Source: an uncultured Chloroflexia bacterium
GTDB taxonomy: Bacteria; Chloroflexota; Limnocylindria; Limnocylindrales; CSP1-4
Reading direction: 5' to 3'
Assembly: GCA_963734535.1 (NCBI GenBank)
Contig: CAVTHS010000007.1
Coordinates: forward strand, 64,001 to 128,000
DNA length: 64,000 nt
Position 1 is the stretch's first letter; each line of letters begins with the position of its first letter. Made by a program: the position numbers and the translations under genes. Positions 1 to 12,972 of this stretch are shown piece by piece. The notes below the pieces were generated by a model. It had not been told where the DNA came from and made no database searches. It worked only from the letters and a program-made list of their open reading frames with translations.

Positions 1-312
1 GACTACGGCATCAAGGTCAATCTCGTGGGTGTGACGGCCGCCGGCGGTCTCGTGGACCTCCGGTTCACGGTCGTCGACCAGGCGAAGGCGCTCCACATTC
101 TCCACGACTCGACGGTCATGCCCGTGCTCCTTGTTGAGCCGAGCGGCGCCGTCATCCGCGCCCCGACGGGAATGCGCCACAAGGTGACGCTCCTCGACGG
201 GGGCAACTACTTCATCCTCTATTCGAACCCCGGCGGTGCCGTCCAGGCCGGCACACGCGTGTCGGTCGTCATCGGCGACGTCCGGCTCGAGCCGCTCGAC
301 GCGCAGAGCTGA
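1..312 (+). CDS. Conserved hypothetical protein (5' truncated), paralog of 18942-19430
   Basis: Frame 1 reads DYGIKVNLVGVTAAGGLVDLRFTVVD...YFILYSNPGGAVQAGTRVSVVIGD and aligns by eye with WGVRVSQVAVTADGGLVDFRFIVLD...YFLLYRDAGGAIKSGTSLSVLFGD. Confidence 0.8.
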   Translation, partial: DYGIKVNLVGVTAAGGLVDLRFTVVDQAKALHILHDSTVMPVLLVEPSGAVIRAPTGMRHKVTLLDGGNYFILYSNPGGAVQAGTRVSVVIGDVRLEPLDAQS

Positions 313-325
313 CAGGAGACCATCG

Positions 326-3300
326 ATGCGGCGGGTTATCGCCCTGGCCCTTGCGGCCACTCTCTCGGTCACGACCGTGCCTTTCGTGGCCGCGGGAACG
401 CTTCCCATGGGTCAGGGCAACAGCCTCGCCGCATTCGTTTCCGATGCCGTGCCCGGCGCGCCGGTGCCGGCGGGGATGCAGACGGTCATCGTCACGCTGC
501 GGACGAGGGCCGATCTGCGGGCCGTCCGAGGCGGCACTCGCGCCGCCCGGCAGGCAGCAATCATCGCGGCGCTCCGCGCCCACGCGTCGGCATCGCAGAC
601 TCCGCTCGTCGCCTTCCTGGGTGGCCAGCGGGCGCTCGGCCGGGTCGCCCGGCTGACCTCGTTCTGGCTCTTCAACGGGGTGTCGATCACCGCGACCCCG
701 GCCGTCATCGCCGCGATCGCGGCCCGGCCCGACGTCGCTAGCGTCACGCCCGACGAGATCGCGATCGTGCCCGCGGCGGTGCAGCCGACACGCCAGCCGG
801 CATCGGCGTCGATGGGGTCGTCGGCCCCAACCGAGCCGAACATCGCGCTCGTGAACGCCCCGGCCCTGTGGTCGCTCGGCTATACAGGCCAGGGAGTGGT
901 CGTCGCGAGCCTGGACTCGGGCGTGGACGTCACTCACCCGGACCTCGCGGCACGCTGGCGCGGGGGCTCGGACTCCTGGTTCGACCCGTATGGCCAGCAT
1001 CCCACGACGCCCACGGATCTGACCGGTCACGGGACGGCAACCATGGGAGTCATCGTCGGCGGTGACGCCGGCGGGACCTCCATCGGGATGGCGCCCGGGG
1101 CAACGTGGATCGCCGCCAAGATCTTCAACGACAGCGGCACTGCGACCGCCACGGCGATCCACGCCGCGTTCCAGTGGGTCCTCGACCCGGACGGCAACCC
1201 GGCCACGGCGGACGCGCCACAGGTCGTCAACAACTCGTGGGCCTTTGGCTTCCCGGGCTGCAACCTCGCCTTCCAGCCTGACCTCCAGGCGCTCCGTGCG
1301 GCCGAGATCGTGCCCGTCTTCGCCGCCGGCAACTACGGGCCTGGCGGCTCGACGAGCGTCAGCCCGGCGAACTACCCGGAAGCGCTCGCGGTTGGCGCGA
1401 CGAAAGCCACCGATGTGATCGACGCAACATCCGGCCGCGGCCCATCGGCCTGCGGCGAGGCATCGACCGCGTACCCCGAGGTCGTGGCCCCCGGCGTGGG
1501 CATCCGCACGGCGGACCTGTTCGGCTTGTACCAGTCGGCCACGGGGACGTCCCTTGCAGCCCCGCACGTCGCGGGAGCGTTGGCGCTGCTGCTGAGCGCC
1601 CACCCGGGCGTGAGCGCTGCGTCCCAGGTCTCCGCGCTCACGAGCTCCGCGCTGGACCTTGGGGCTCTCGGCCCGGACAACACCTACGGCTACGGCCGCC
1701 TCGATGCTCTCGGCGCCGACACGATGCTGGGTGGCGGCCCGTCGCCGAGCCCGAGCCCGTCGCAGAGCCCATCGCCGGATCCATCGCCGATCCCGAGCCC
1801 GATCCCGAGTCCATCGCCGGATCCATCGCCGATCCCGAGCCCGATCCCGAGTCCATCGCCGGATCCATCGCCGATCCCGAGCCCGTCGCAGAGCCCATCG
1901 CCGGATCCATCGCCGATCCCGAGCCCGTCCGAGCCCATCGCCGGATCCATCGCCGATCCCGAGCCCGTCCGAGCCCATCGCCGGATCCATCGCCGATCCG
2001 CCCGATCCCGAGTCCATCGCCGGATCCATCGCCGATCCCGAGCCCGATCCCGGCGCTTCCGCCGACCACCGGCGGGCTGGCCCTTGTCCCGAACCCCGCG
2101 AACGGATCGACGGCGGTCACCCTCGTGGGAAGCGTGACCTCGGCGGGGTCCACCGTGAGCGCGGCCGAGTACTTCCTTGACGGGATCGGCGCCGACGGGA
2201 GCGGGTGCACCCTCTCCGGCACGTTTGGCACGTCGGCCGCGAGCGTCGTGGCCACGCTCCCGATAGCGGGGGCGAGTGCCCCGTGCGTCGACCTCGCCAC
2301 GCTCGCCGAGGGCAGCCACACGGTCTCCGTCCACGGCCGGGATGCGTCCGGTGCCTGGGGCGCCACCGCAGCGGCGAGCCTCGTGCTCGACCGGACCGGG
2401 CCGGCGACGAGCGCCGTCACGCTCGCCCCGGGGGCGGCCAACACGCAGGCGGTGGAGATCAGCGCCACGGCCTCCGACACCGCCACGGGCAACAGCCCGG
2501 TCACCGGCGGCGAGTACTTCGTCGACAGCGCCGGCGCAGCCGGGACCGGCACCCCGATGACGGCGGGCGCAGCGCCCTCGACCACCCTCGCGGGCACGAT
2601 CGCCGCGGCCACCGTCGCCGCCCTCACTGCCGGCAACCACACGATCCGGGTCCACGCAAGAGATGCCGCGGGCAACTGGGGCGCGACCGCGACCGCGACG
2701 CTCCTCGTCGACCGTACGGCGCCCACGTTCAGCGCCATCACCCTGGCCCCGGGCTCGATCACGACCGGGACCGCGTCGGTGAGCCTGGCCGCCACCGGCG
2801 CGACCGACCGGCTCACAGGCGGCCTCGCGAGCGGTGTCGCCGGCGGCGAGTGGTGGATCGGGACGACCAACATCACGGCGGGCACCGGCACGGCCTTCAC
2901 CGGCCTCGCCGCGAGCGTGGCCACCGGCGCCCTCACCGCGGGCACGTACACCGTCCGCGCCCGGATCCGCGACGCGGCCGGAAACTGGAGCACCGCCCCG
3001 AGCGGCGGCGTCCGCACGGCGAAGCTGACGGTCACCGCACCGGTCCCCGATGCCATCTTCGCCGACGGCTTCGAGACCGGCACGCTGAGCCCGCTCACGG
3101 GCTGGACGAGCCGCTCGACGACCACGACGAGCCGCCTGGGCGTGACGGCCGGCGCGGCCCTCGCGGGGGCATACGGCCTGCAGGCCCAGGGCAACAACGT
3201 CAACTACGTGCAGAACTCGTTCGGGACGGCCGCCAATCCGGCGAGCCCGACCTACGATGCGCGCTTCCTGTTCAACCCCAACGGCGCCACCTCGTCGGGC

Positions 3301-3648
3301 AAGGACATCCTCGCCGCCGCGACGTCGAGCGGCTTCGGCACCGTGCTGTTCCACGTGCGTTACCGCCTCAATGCCGGCGTCCCGCAGGTCCAGATCGGGG
3401 TGGGCGCCACGGCCAACCCGGCGTGGATCACCCTTGCCGCCGGCAGCAACGCCATCGAGGTGGTCTGGCGGTCGGGGGTGAGCCTCGCGCTCTACGTGAA
3501 CGGGACGCTCGCGGGGAGCCTGGCCGCGGGCACGGGCTCGGTGGGCGCGGTCCGGCTGGGCTCGGTCACCTCGACCGGCAGCGCCACCGCCCTGTATTTC
3601 GACGCCTTCGCCTCCAAGCGCTCCGTGGCGCCGCTCCTGGGCCCGTAG
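326..3648 (+). CDS. Secreted S8 subtilisin-like serine peptidase with Pro/Ser linker and C-terminal Ig-like repeats (frameshifted in the linker)
   Basis: AGGAG RBS; signal peptide MRRVIALALAATL; I9-like prodomain; triad LDSG / HGT / GTSLAAPH; after the PS linker the frame continues in ORF 2125..3648 with repeated AAEYF...RDAAGNW modules. Confidence 0.85.
1739..2050 (+). repeat. Pro/Ser-rich coding tandem repeat (PSPDPSPIPS)n linker
   Basis: Repeated ccatcgccggatccatcgccgatcccgagccc units. Confidence 0.9.
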
Positions 3649-3763
3649 CGCGCATCGCGCCCGAGCCCACTCCGCACGACGCGGCCGACCATGCCGGTTG
3701 GCCGCGTCGCCGCGTCCGCCTGGAGGCGGTGGCGCGGGCGGCCTGACGCCCCGGTGAGGACGC

Positions 3764-4492
3764 TCAGCCGCCCTCCCGGACGATCCCATGCTCCACGGCG
3801 TAGCGAGTGAGGCCGGCGCTGCCGCGCACGTTCAGCTTGCCGAGGAGGTTCGCGCGATGACGCCGGACCGTGTGCGGGCTGATGCCGAGGATCTCGCCGA
3901 TCTCGACGGCCGAACGCCCGGCGGCGATCAGGCGCAGGATCTCGCGCTCCCGCGCGCTCATGGCGCCGCCGCTCTGGAGCCAGTGCATCGAATCCTCGAC
4001 GATCGCTCCGGCGACGCTGCTGTGAACGTATTGTTCGCCGCGCGTCAGCGCCCGGATCGCCGCGACCAGCTCGTCGGAGTGGGCACCCTTGACCATGTAC
4101 CCGGAGGCGCCTGCGAAGAACGCCTGGCGCACGGTCTCGGCCTCGCGATGCATCGACAGGACCAGGATCCGCATCGCTGGATGGCGCTCGAGGAGGCTCC
4201 CGATCAGCCGGACGCCATCCGAGTCCGGGAGCGAGAGGTCGAGCAGCAGGACGTCCGGCGCCACCGTGTCGAGCATCCGGGATGCACCCGCGGCGTCTGC
4301 CGCCTCGCCGATGACCTCGAGATCGGGCTGGCGGCCGAGCACCATGCGGAGCCCCTCGCGGACGAGGTGGTGGTCCTCGACCAGGGCAACCGTGATCCGT
4401 CGGACCTCGCTGGCCTCGAGCTTGCCGTCGAGATCGGCGCCGCCGCTCGGCGACGCAACGGCGGAGGGCCTCCCGTTCGGGGGGAGCGTCAT
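3764..4492 (-). CDS. NarL/LuxR-family response regulator
   Basis: LVEDHHLVREG receiver, DVLLLDLSLP, C-terminal HTH SAREREILRLIAAG...HRANLLGKL. Confidence 0.92.
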   Translation of the reverse strand: MTLPPNGRPSAVASPSGGADLDGKLEASEVRRITVALVEDHHLVREGLRMVLGRQPDLEVIGEAADAAGASRMLDTVAPDVLLLDLSLPDSDGVRLIGSLLERHPAMRILVLSMHREAETVRQAFFAGASGYMVKGAHSDELVAAIRALTRGEQYVHSSVAGAIVEDSMHWLQSGGAMSAREREILRLIAAGRSAVEIGEILGISPHTVRRHRANLLGKLNVRGSAGLTRYAVEHGIVREGG

Positions 4493-5575
4493 GGCCGTGG
4501 CGCCATGTCCGACCGGCGCTCGGCGCGTGCTCGTGGACGACGCAGCTCGAGGCGAATCGTGCTTCCGCGTCCGGGCTGCGACACCATCTCCAGGCTCCCG
4601 TCGATCGATGCCGCCCGCTCCATCATCCCGTGCACCCCGAGTCCCGCACCACCAGTCTCCGCGACATCGAAGCCGATCCCGTCATCTTCGACGGCGAGAA
4701 CGATCCGGTCGCCGTCGGACGACGTCATTCTGATCCAGCGGTGCTCGGCGCGGGAGTGACGGATCGAGTTGCCGAGCGCCTCCTGGACGATCCGCAGCGC
4801 CTCGACCTCGGTCGCCGGCGGCAGCAGGCCCGGGTCGCGAAGGTTCGGATCGATCTCCACGTCGATGGGCACCATGGAATCCGCAACCAGCTCCTCGATC
4901 GTCGCGGCCAGGCCCGTTTCCGACGAGCCGCAGCGGCCTGAGGCGCATGGCGACTTCCCGCGTTTCCTCGAGGGCGAGGTTGGCGGTCCTGCGGGCCCGC
5001 GTGGCGATCTCGAGCGCATCGCCCCGGGCGTCAGGCTGCTCCGTCGAGCCAAGGGACGTCACGAGGGCGTCGAGCGTGTAGGTGAGGGCCGCGAGCGTCT
5101 GCCCGACTCCGTCGTGAAGGTCGAGGGCGATCCGCCGTCGTTCTTCCTGCTGGCCGTTGAGGAGGCGTCGGTTTGATCGCTCGCCGAGCGAGATGGTCCG
5201 GTCCGCCATCACGGCGACCACGACGGCGATGATCATCATGAGCGGCCATTCGGCCAGGTCCAGGTCGGCGATCGGGACGCCGAGCGGGCCGTCCAGGGTG
5301 GCGAGGAACGCGTAGGAGACGACGACGCAGAAGGCGATCCCGAGCCGAATGACCGCGCTCCGGAACCCGAACGCAAATGCCTCGATCACCAGGACGATCC
5401 ACAGGCAGTGGAGCAGCAGGTCGGGTTCGGCGAGCTGGACGTAGGTCGCGACCCCGAAGGCCAGCGCCGGCGAGGTCGAGGACGACCTGGAGCGGCCGCA
5501 ACCTGCACGAACGGCCACGGACGACGAGGCTGCCGAGGCCACCGCTCGCGGTGCGGCCGCCTTGTCGGTGATCAA
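4489..5575 (-). CDS. Membrane sensor histidine kinase, HisKA_3 type (frameshifted near 4920; start approximate)
   Basis: TM helices; EERRRIALDLHDGVGQ H-box; RIVQEALGNSIRH and VEDDGIGFD...GLGVHGMMERA HATPase motifs in two frames. Confidence 0.85.
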
Positions 5576-5779
5576 CGCATCGACCTCTGTCTCACGGCGC
5601 CCGAGTATGGGAGCCCGATTCGGCTTCTGCAATGCCCCAGATGGCGCGTCCCAACGGTCGCCGCGCACGGCCCCGCTCCGGCCCGGGACACGATCCGCGC
5701 CGCCGCCGGCCGATGCCGCGCCACTCCGCGGATCACGCACCGACTGCTCCGGCGGACCCCCGGACTGCCCGTGACAAGC

Positions 5780-5818
5780 CGCCGGTCGTGGTCATGAGGG
5801 ATCGCCGGTCGTGGTCAT
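5780..5818. promoter_or_regulatory. 16-bp direct repeat, candidate response-regulator binding site
   Basis: cgccggtcgtggtcat at 5780-5795 and 5803-5818 (23-bp period), in the divergent intergenic region. Confidence 0.5.
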
Positions 5819-6159
5819 TTCTCAACCCTCCGGTAGAGGATGGCGGAGCCCCCGGTGCGCGGACATGCTGCGCCGACTGGCCGGAGTGGGCGCATAGGCG
5901 TTCGCCCAGGAAGCCAGCGGAGGTGGGTCAATGCGCATTCACGGTCCTGGAAGGTCCGGACGAGCCGAAGACGGGTCGAACCCCACGTCGCGGCCCCCGG
6001 CCTTGCTCACCGGTTTCGTCACCGCGTCGGCCCGGTCTTCCGCCTCTTCCGCGACGACTGGAATCCGCGCATCCCGGAGGCGACCGATGAGCACCCAGGA
6101 CAACCGCGCCTCCGCTGCAGGCAGTCAACGTTCCACGAGGAAAGAGGAGGGACCAGGGA

Positions 6160-9100
6160 ATGGGTCATTCGCGATTCGGCCGCCCGCGGAGGGCGCTCCG
6201 CAGGCTGGGGTCCCTGCTCGCGGCCGGCATGCTGGCTGGCTCGCAGCTCCTCGTGCCGGTGACGCAGGCCGCCGCGATCCCGACCGCCGCCCCGGCTGCG
6301 GCAACGGCTCCGGCAGCGCCCACGACGCCCGATCCTTCACCTGCGCGTGGAGAGCGCCCGCCAGTGGATCCCGTCCGGCCTCAACAAGGGCGACGCGATC
6401 CCGAAGTACCACTGGCTCGTGGTCCAGGACGACACCGGCGACCCGACGCACTACGGCACGCAAGCCTGGGCGCCGCCGACGATCACCAAGAACTCGAACT
6501 ACGCCTGGACGCCGCAGAGTCCCGGGCGGCGATCCGGCGTACCCGGCCAACTGCCAGTGGCCCGCGATCCACTCGGCCAAGGGCGGCACGAGCGCCGAGG
6601 TCGTCGCCCAGGGCGACGAGACCACGCTCAACGAGACGACCGGCATCGACACGACGAGCTGGCCGGCCAACGATCACAACCCGAACCGCAGCTACATGAT
6701 CTCGGTCATGGCCGACGGCTATGACGTGCCGGGCTGCACCGTCAGCTCCGACCGTCACCTGCCACGTCGACGGCTTCAAGATCGACGGCGCCTGGTTCAG
6801 CCTGCCCCGGTCGACAACGAACGGCACTCGGTGACCGTGGACATGCAGCCCTACCCGCTGCCGTTGACCACCGTGCGCATGCAGGTCTGGAACGACCTGC
6901 AGACGAACGGCGCCTACGACACCGGCGAGCCCGTCCTGCCGGGCTTCGAAGGCCACATCGACGACGTGCTCGCGCCGGTCACGACCGACTGGTACGGCAA
7001 CCCGATCTGCACCACCTACCAGCACGACGGCACCGGCCTGATGCTGTTTGGCACCGATGGCAAGCCGCTCATCCAGACCGGTCGGCGGCCACTGCCTGAG
7101 CGACGCCAACGGCGTGATCACGATCCCCTACCTCGGCCCCGACCGCTACGCGTCGACCGTCACCCCGCCGAACGGCCAGACCTGGTACCAGACCAGCACG
7201 CTCGAAGGCTGGCACGACTGGGACATCTGGTCGATCGAGGGCTGGAACGGCTACGACCCCGAGTTCGTCCAGGGCGCCGAGCCGTTCCCGTTCGCCGAGT
7301 TCGGCTTCGTCCAGACTCCAGACCGGCGCCAGCGCGACCGCCTGCTGCAACTACGCCTCGCCCGCGGCGACCGGCTCGATCAAGGGCACCGTGGTCGGCA
7401 TCGGCGAGTACGCGCCGCACGTCGGCGGGCTGACGCTTGGCGGCGGCCAGGGCAAGCACATCATCGAGAACATCAAGCAGCCGCTGATCTCGCTGATCGA
7501 CACCGGCCGCGACGACAACACGGTCTACGTGGGCCGCGGCAACGCCGACGGCACGTTCCAGATCACCAACATCCCCGACGGCGACTACGTCCTGACGTTC
7601 TGGGATGAGGACCAGGCGTACCTGCTCACCCAGGCGAACGTCAGCATCGTCAACGGCCAGGCGCTCGACATGGGCGTGCTCGACGTGGCCGCCTGGCACA
7701 GCCAGGTCTACGGCAAGGTCTGCAACGACACCAACCGCAACGGCAAGTGCGATCCGGGCGAGCCCGGCATCCCGGGCCTGCTCCTGAACCTGCTCGGCCG
7801 CGACAACTCCGTCGCAGTTCTACGGCGACAACACGGCCACCACCGACAGCAACGGCAACTACAGCTTCCCGCGCACCTACCCGCTCGGCCAGTGGGTGGT
7901 GACCCAGGGCTACTGGGAGCAGTTCTACACGGTCGGCGTCACCTACCAGACGGAGAACCAGCCGACCGAGACGACGGTCATGGCCAACGGCGGCTTCGTG
8001 GACGTCAGCTCCTACAACCTGATCGGGCACCAGACCCGCATGGACTGGGCGGTCCACACGTACGAGACCCCGGCGAACGCGAGCCTCGGCCCGACGAACG
8101 GCGGCATCGTGGGCGAGGTCGTGGCCACGACGACGCGCAACGAGCTCGACGCCCGCTTCCAGGCGATCGAGTCCTACGAGCCCGGCCTGCCCGGCGCCAC
8201 CGTGCACCTGTATGCGCCGGTCAAGTGCGTCCCGACCGACGCCGACGACGATCCCGGCCGGCACGAACTGCACGCAGGAGACGACGGCCTTCGGGTCGAC
8301 CTACTACCTGACCGACGCCGCCGACGGATCGATCAAGCGGCTGTCCGACGGCCCGGATAAGGTCAGCGGCAACCCGATCGACCTGTACGACGCCCTACAC
8401 CAGCGAGACCTGGCTGCGGCCGACCGACTGCGTCGCGCGCGGCGCCGATGGCACCCCGGTCGTCGAGCAGGTGCTGCCGCCCTCGACCGGCGGGCACGAC
8501 TGCCTCGAGGCGCCGCTCATGTCGAGCCAGGTGGGCGACAACAGCGTCGGCGACTTCATGCAGGTCAACGGCAACTACGGCTTCACCGCCATCGACCACG
8601 ACCCGACCACGGGCGCCGCTGATCGCCGAAGAGACGATCCCGCCGGGCGACTACCTGGTGCAGGTCGATGCGCCGGCCGATGCCAACGGCAGGCCGGCCT
8701 ACGAGGTGGTCGAAGGAAGAGGACATCAACATCTTCTCGGGCGACTCGTTCGTCGCCCCCGGCGAGACGCCGCTCAACCCGCCGCTGCCCAACCGCACGC
8801 CCGCCGGCGACGGTGGCTCCGGCGATCCCGCCCTTCCCGTGCGCGGGCCCGCTGCACACGGTCAACGTCGTCAACGACTGGTCGCTGGCGAACTTCAGCG
8901 CGCTGAATCCCGCGACCACGCAGGGCGTCTACAACCCGGACATGGTCGACGGCGGCGGCAGCCCGTACGAGGGCCATGAAGATGCCGCTGTGCGACACCC
9001 GGCTGGTGACCGTGCGCAACGGCCGCTCGGCCACGCCCAACTTCCACTTCAAGACCTTCAGCGGCTTCGACGCCGCGGGCAATGCGCTCCCGGCCGGCGC

Positions 9101-12100
9101 CGGCGTCCCGCTGCCGGGCCGCATCTTCGGCATCGCGGTCGACGACCTGAACCTGTCGATCAACCCGAAGGAGCTGTTCTACGGCGAGAAGTACGGCATC
9201 CCCAACCTGCCGATCGGCATCTACGACTTCTCGAACCGGCTGGTCAAGACCATCCAGACCGACCCGCAGGGCGCAGTACGAGGTCATCCTGCCCTCGACT
9301 TCCAGCTACAACTGCCCGCTGCCGGCCGGTCCGTGCCCGGGCATCTACCGCTTCCTGGCGAACGATCCCGGCCAGCCCGGGCATCTGAACCCGGGCTACA
9401 ACCCGGCCTACCGCACGATCGGCGGCTTCTTCGAGGTGTGGCCGGGCGTCAGCCTGCCCTCCGACCTGGCGCCGACGCCGGTCGCGTTCGGGATCGAGAA
9501 CCCGGCACGCAGCAGACGCATCCGGCGGCCTGCCTGCTGAACGATCCCGCGCAGCCGACGGCGCCCAAGGTGCCCGAGCTGTTCGCCATCAACAAGCCGT
9601 TCGTGCGCAACACGCGACACGGGCGCGGCGCGCAGCATCACCCTCAACGGCCAGTACTTCGGCGCCGCGCCGGGACGGTCACGCGTGACCAGCGTCGACG
9701 GCAGCCACGACACTGACCATCGCACTCGTGGAGCGACACGCCAGATCACGTTCACGGTGCCCCGACACGGTCCGGGAGCAGTCCCGGCCGGCCCGCACCA
9801 GCTGAAGATCACGGGCGGCCAACGGCCAGACCACCGTCAACGGCCTGACCTTCCACGTGCTGGGCGGCACGGCTCGAGCGCCTACAACCCGACCGTCTAC
9901 GAAGTCGGGCCCGGCCGACAGGACCTACGATCCAACTGCGGCCAACCGCAACACGCGGCGGCTACGAGCACGCCATCCAGGACGCGCTGGATGCCGCGGC
10001 GGCCAGCTCGACAGGCCCTGGTCGTCGTCTATCCGGGCCCGACCGACACCGTTCAACCCGTTCGGCTCGTACTTCGAGAACCTCGATCATCCACTCGCCG
10101 GTCAAGCTGCAGGGCGTGGGCCCGGGCGGCATCTACGCCGACGGCACGTACGTGCCCGGCACCGTGCTCGACGGCCTCGGCTACGGGACCGACGGCGCGC
10201 GCGAGACCGGCTGGCAGGCCACGCTGGCCTGCCAGTCGGGACGATCATCGGCCCGAACAACGCGCCCGCTCGATCCCGACGACGGTCGCGCCGCCCGAGG
10301 GCGAGGTCATCCTGGCCGTCGCCACCAGCACGACCCAGTATGGCGTCGTCCTACAAGGCCGCGATCGACGGCCTGCTGATCCAGAACGGCGACGTGATGG
10401 ACTTCGTGCCGAACGTCAACACCCTGGGCAACGGCGCGCAGGTCGGCGGCGGCAACAACACGCCGACCAACCCGAACCAGGGCGGCGGCATCGTGGCCTT
10501 CGCCTCGACGCGATACCTGCAGATCACCAACAACATCATCAAGAGCAACGCCGGCGCCTACGCCGGCGCCATCCGCCTGGGCACGCCGCTGGTGGGCGAC
10601 AACCACCTGGACGGCGCCCACATCGCCAACAACCGCATCCTCAACAACGGCGGCACCAACCTGGCCGGCGCGGTCGGGCATCTTCAACGGCGCCTACGGC
10701 TACGAGATCAACAACAACGACCTGTGCGGCAACTTCTCGTCCGAGTATGGCGGCGGCATCAGCCACTTCGGCCTGACCGGCAACCTGCGACTGCGAACGG
10801 CAACCGCTCGACGAGCGGCACGCCGTCCGAGCATCCACGACAACCGCATCTACTTCAACGGCTCGTACGACGAAGGCGGCGGCGTGATCATCGCCGGCGA
10901 ACCGCCGGCGACCTCGACCAGCCTTCGGCGCCGGCGCCGGCCCGGTCAACATCTACAACAACCTGATCGAGGCCAACCTGGCCAACGACGACGGCGGCGG
11001 CCTGCGCTTCCTGACGGCGGGCAACTTCCCGTACAACGTCTACAACAACATGATCGTGAACAACATCTCCACGCACGAAGGCGGCGGCGTGGCGATCGAC
11101 AACGCGCCCAACGTGCGCTTCTACAACAACACGGTCATGAAGAACCTGACCACGGCCACCGCGGCGACCAGCAACGGCCAGCCCGCGCCGGCCGGCCTGT
11201 CGACCGCGCGTCGAACAACGACTTCCTGCAGGCGACCCTGCCCGCCGGCTCGCCGCTCTACAGCAACCCGCTGATGTTCAACAACATCTTCTGGGACAAC
11301 CGGGCGGGCACCTGGGACGGCGCGCAACGTCGTCGGCATCGGCGGCCTGGTCTGGTCGAGCGGCGTGCAGGTCCCGACCCGACCCCGATCAATCACTGGG
11401 ACATGGGCGTGCCGGGCACGAGCTTCCAGCTCGCGCCGACCAACTCGATCCTGCAGACGCGAGACGACCAACCACAACGATGTCGTCGCCAGCCCGACCA
11501 ACAAGGTGCGATCAGGACCCGCTGATCAACGCGCCCTACGACACGTCGGTCACGGGCCTGCCCTGGCGCGGCAACCCGAACTTCGTGGCCAACGTGATCG
11601 TGGCGCAGGATGTGCCGGTGACGATCATGGGCGACTACCACCTGAGTGGCACGGGCTCGCCGGCCTTCAACGCTGGGCGCGGCTTCCAAGGCCGCGCCGC
11701 CTACCAGCAGCCGCCGCGACCATCGCCGCCCCGACGTTCGACATCGACAACCAGGCACGCCCGGCGCTCGGCGGCTTCGACAGCGGCGCGGACGAGTTCC
11801 CCGGCGCGCAGGCCGATCTCTCGATCACCAAGACCGATGGGCAGACCAGCGTCACGCCGGGCGCGGTCGTCAACTACACCATCGTCGTCGCCAATGCCGG
11901 CCCGAGCGCCGTCGCCCTGGCGCCCGTGACCGACAACGTTCCCGGCCGCGCTCACCGGCGTGACCTGGACCTGTACGGCCCCGGCCGGCTCGAGCTGCGG
12001 CGCAGCCAGCGGCACCGGCAACATCAACACGACGGTGACGCTGCCGGCCGGCGGCAGCGCCACCTTCACCGCTGAACGGCACGGTCGCCGCGAACGCGAG

Positions 12101-12784
12101 CGGCACGCTGGCCAACACGGCCACGGTGGCGGCACCGGCCGGCACGACCGACACGAACACGGCCAACAACAGCGCGACCGACACCGACCGATCGTCGCTC
12201 CCGCTGCCGGCGCTCGGCGGTGCTCGACAACTTCAACCGGGCCAACGCGAACACGCTCGGCGCAACTGGAGCCAGGGACGCTCCTCGGCTGGCGCGGCCG
12301 ATCCGGGTCAACAGCAACCAGGCCTTCGCACACGTTGCGTGCCGGCGGCCAGGCGATCTGGAACGTCCCGACCGGCGCGGCTTCGGCGCCCGGCAGGGCG
12401 CGGCCTTCACCTTCGCCAACACCGACCGGCTGAACGACGCCGGCCCTGATCCTGAAGGCGAGCGGCGGCTACGGCCACGACTCCGGCGAACTTCATCCGG
12501 GTGCGCTACAACGCGGGCCAGGTGACGGTCGCGACGACGACCAACAGCGGACTCACGCCTGACGACGCGGCGGCACGTTCGCGGCGACCTTCGCGTCCGG
12601 CGACACGTTGAGCGCGGTGGCGAACGCCGACGGGTCGGTGTCAGACGTCGCGGCAGAACGACCACCTATCGTCGGCCGGCGTCGACGCGGCACCGACGTT
12701 CTGGACCGGGCACGCGGCCGGATCGGCATGCAGCTCCCGACCGGCGCACGGGTCGACAACTTCAGCGGCGGGACGGTGCCCTGA
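6160..12784 (+). CDS. Giant (~2,200 aa) secreted multidomain protein: SdrD-B-like, IPT/TIG-like, parallel beta-helix and DUF11 domains; many frameshifts
   Basis: GAGGAGG RBS and signal peptide; stitched fragments [38 protein letters not shown], Asn/Gly-rich [18 protein letters not shown] / [47 protein letters not shown]; ends ...[11 protein letters not shown] at 12784. Confidence 0.75.
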
Positions 12785-12801
12785 TCGGTGCCGAGCCAAG
12801 C

Positions 12802-12820
12802 GGGGGCCGTCACGGCCCCC
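12802..12820 (+). terminator. GC-rich hairpin after the giant gene (terminator or mRNA stabiliser)
   Basis: gggggccgt-c-acggccccc inverted repeat; no U-tract. Confidence 0.35.
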
Positions 12821-12972
12821 AGGCCGCTCCACCCGAGCCAGCGCAGGCGCCGGGAGCGTCGACGCGGCGCTCCCCGGGCAGGCCTGACCGCAGTGAGACC
12901 AGGCAGCGCGGCGCCAGGCGCGACCGGCCACCAGCCCGGCAGTCGTCGGCAGGCCCGCTTCAGGAGAACACG

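Noticed and set aside
1739-2050. Short repeats here and at 22763-23071 as CRISPR or non-coding VNTR
   Set aside because: They encode Pro/Ser linkers between the protease and accessory domains.
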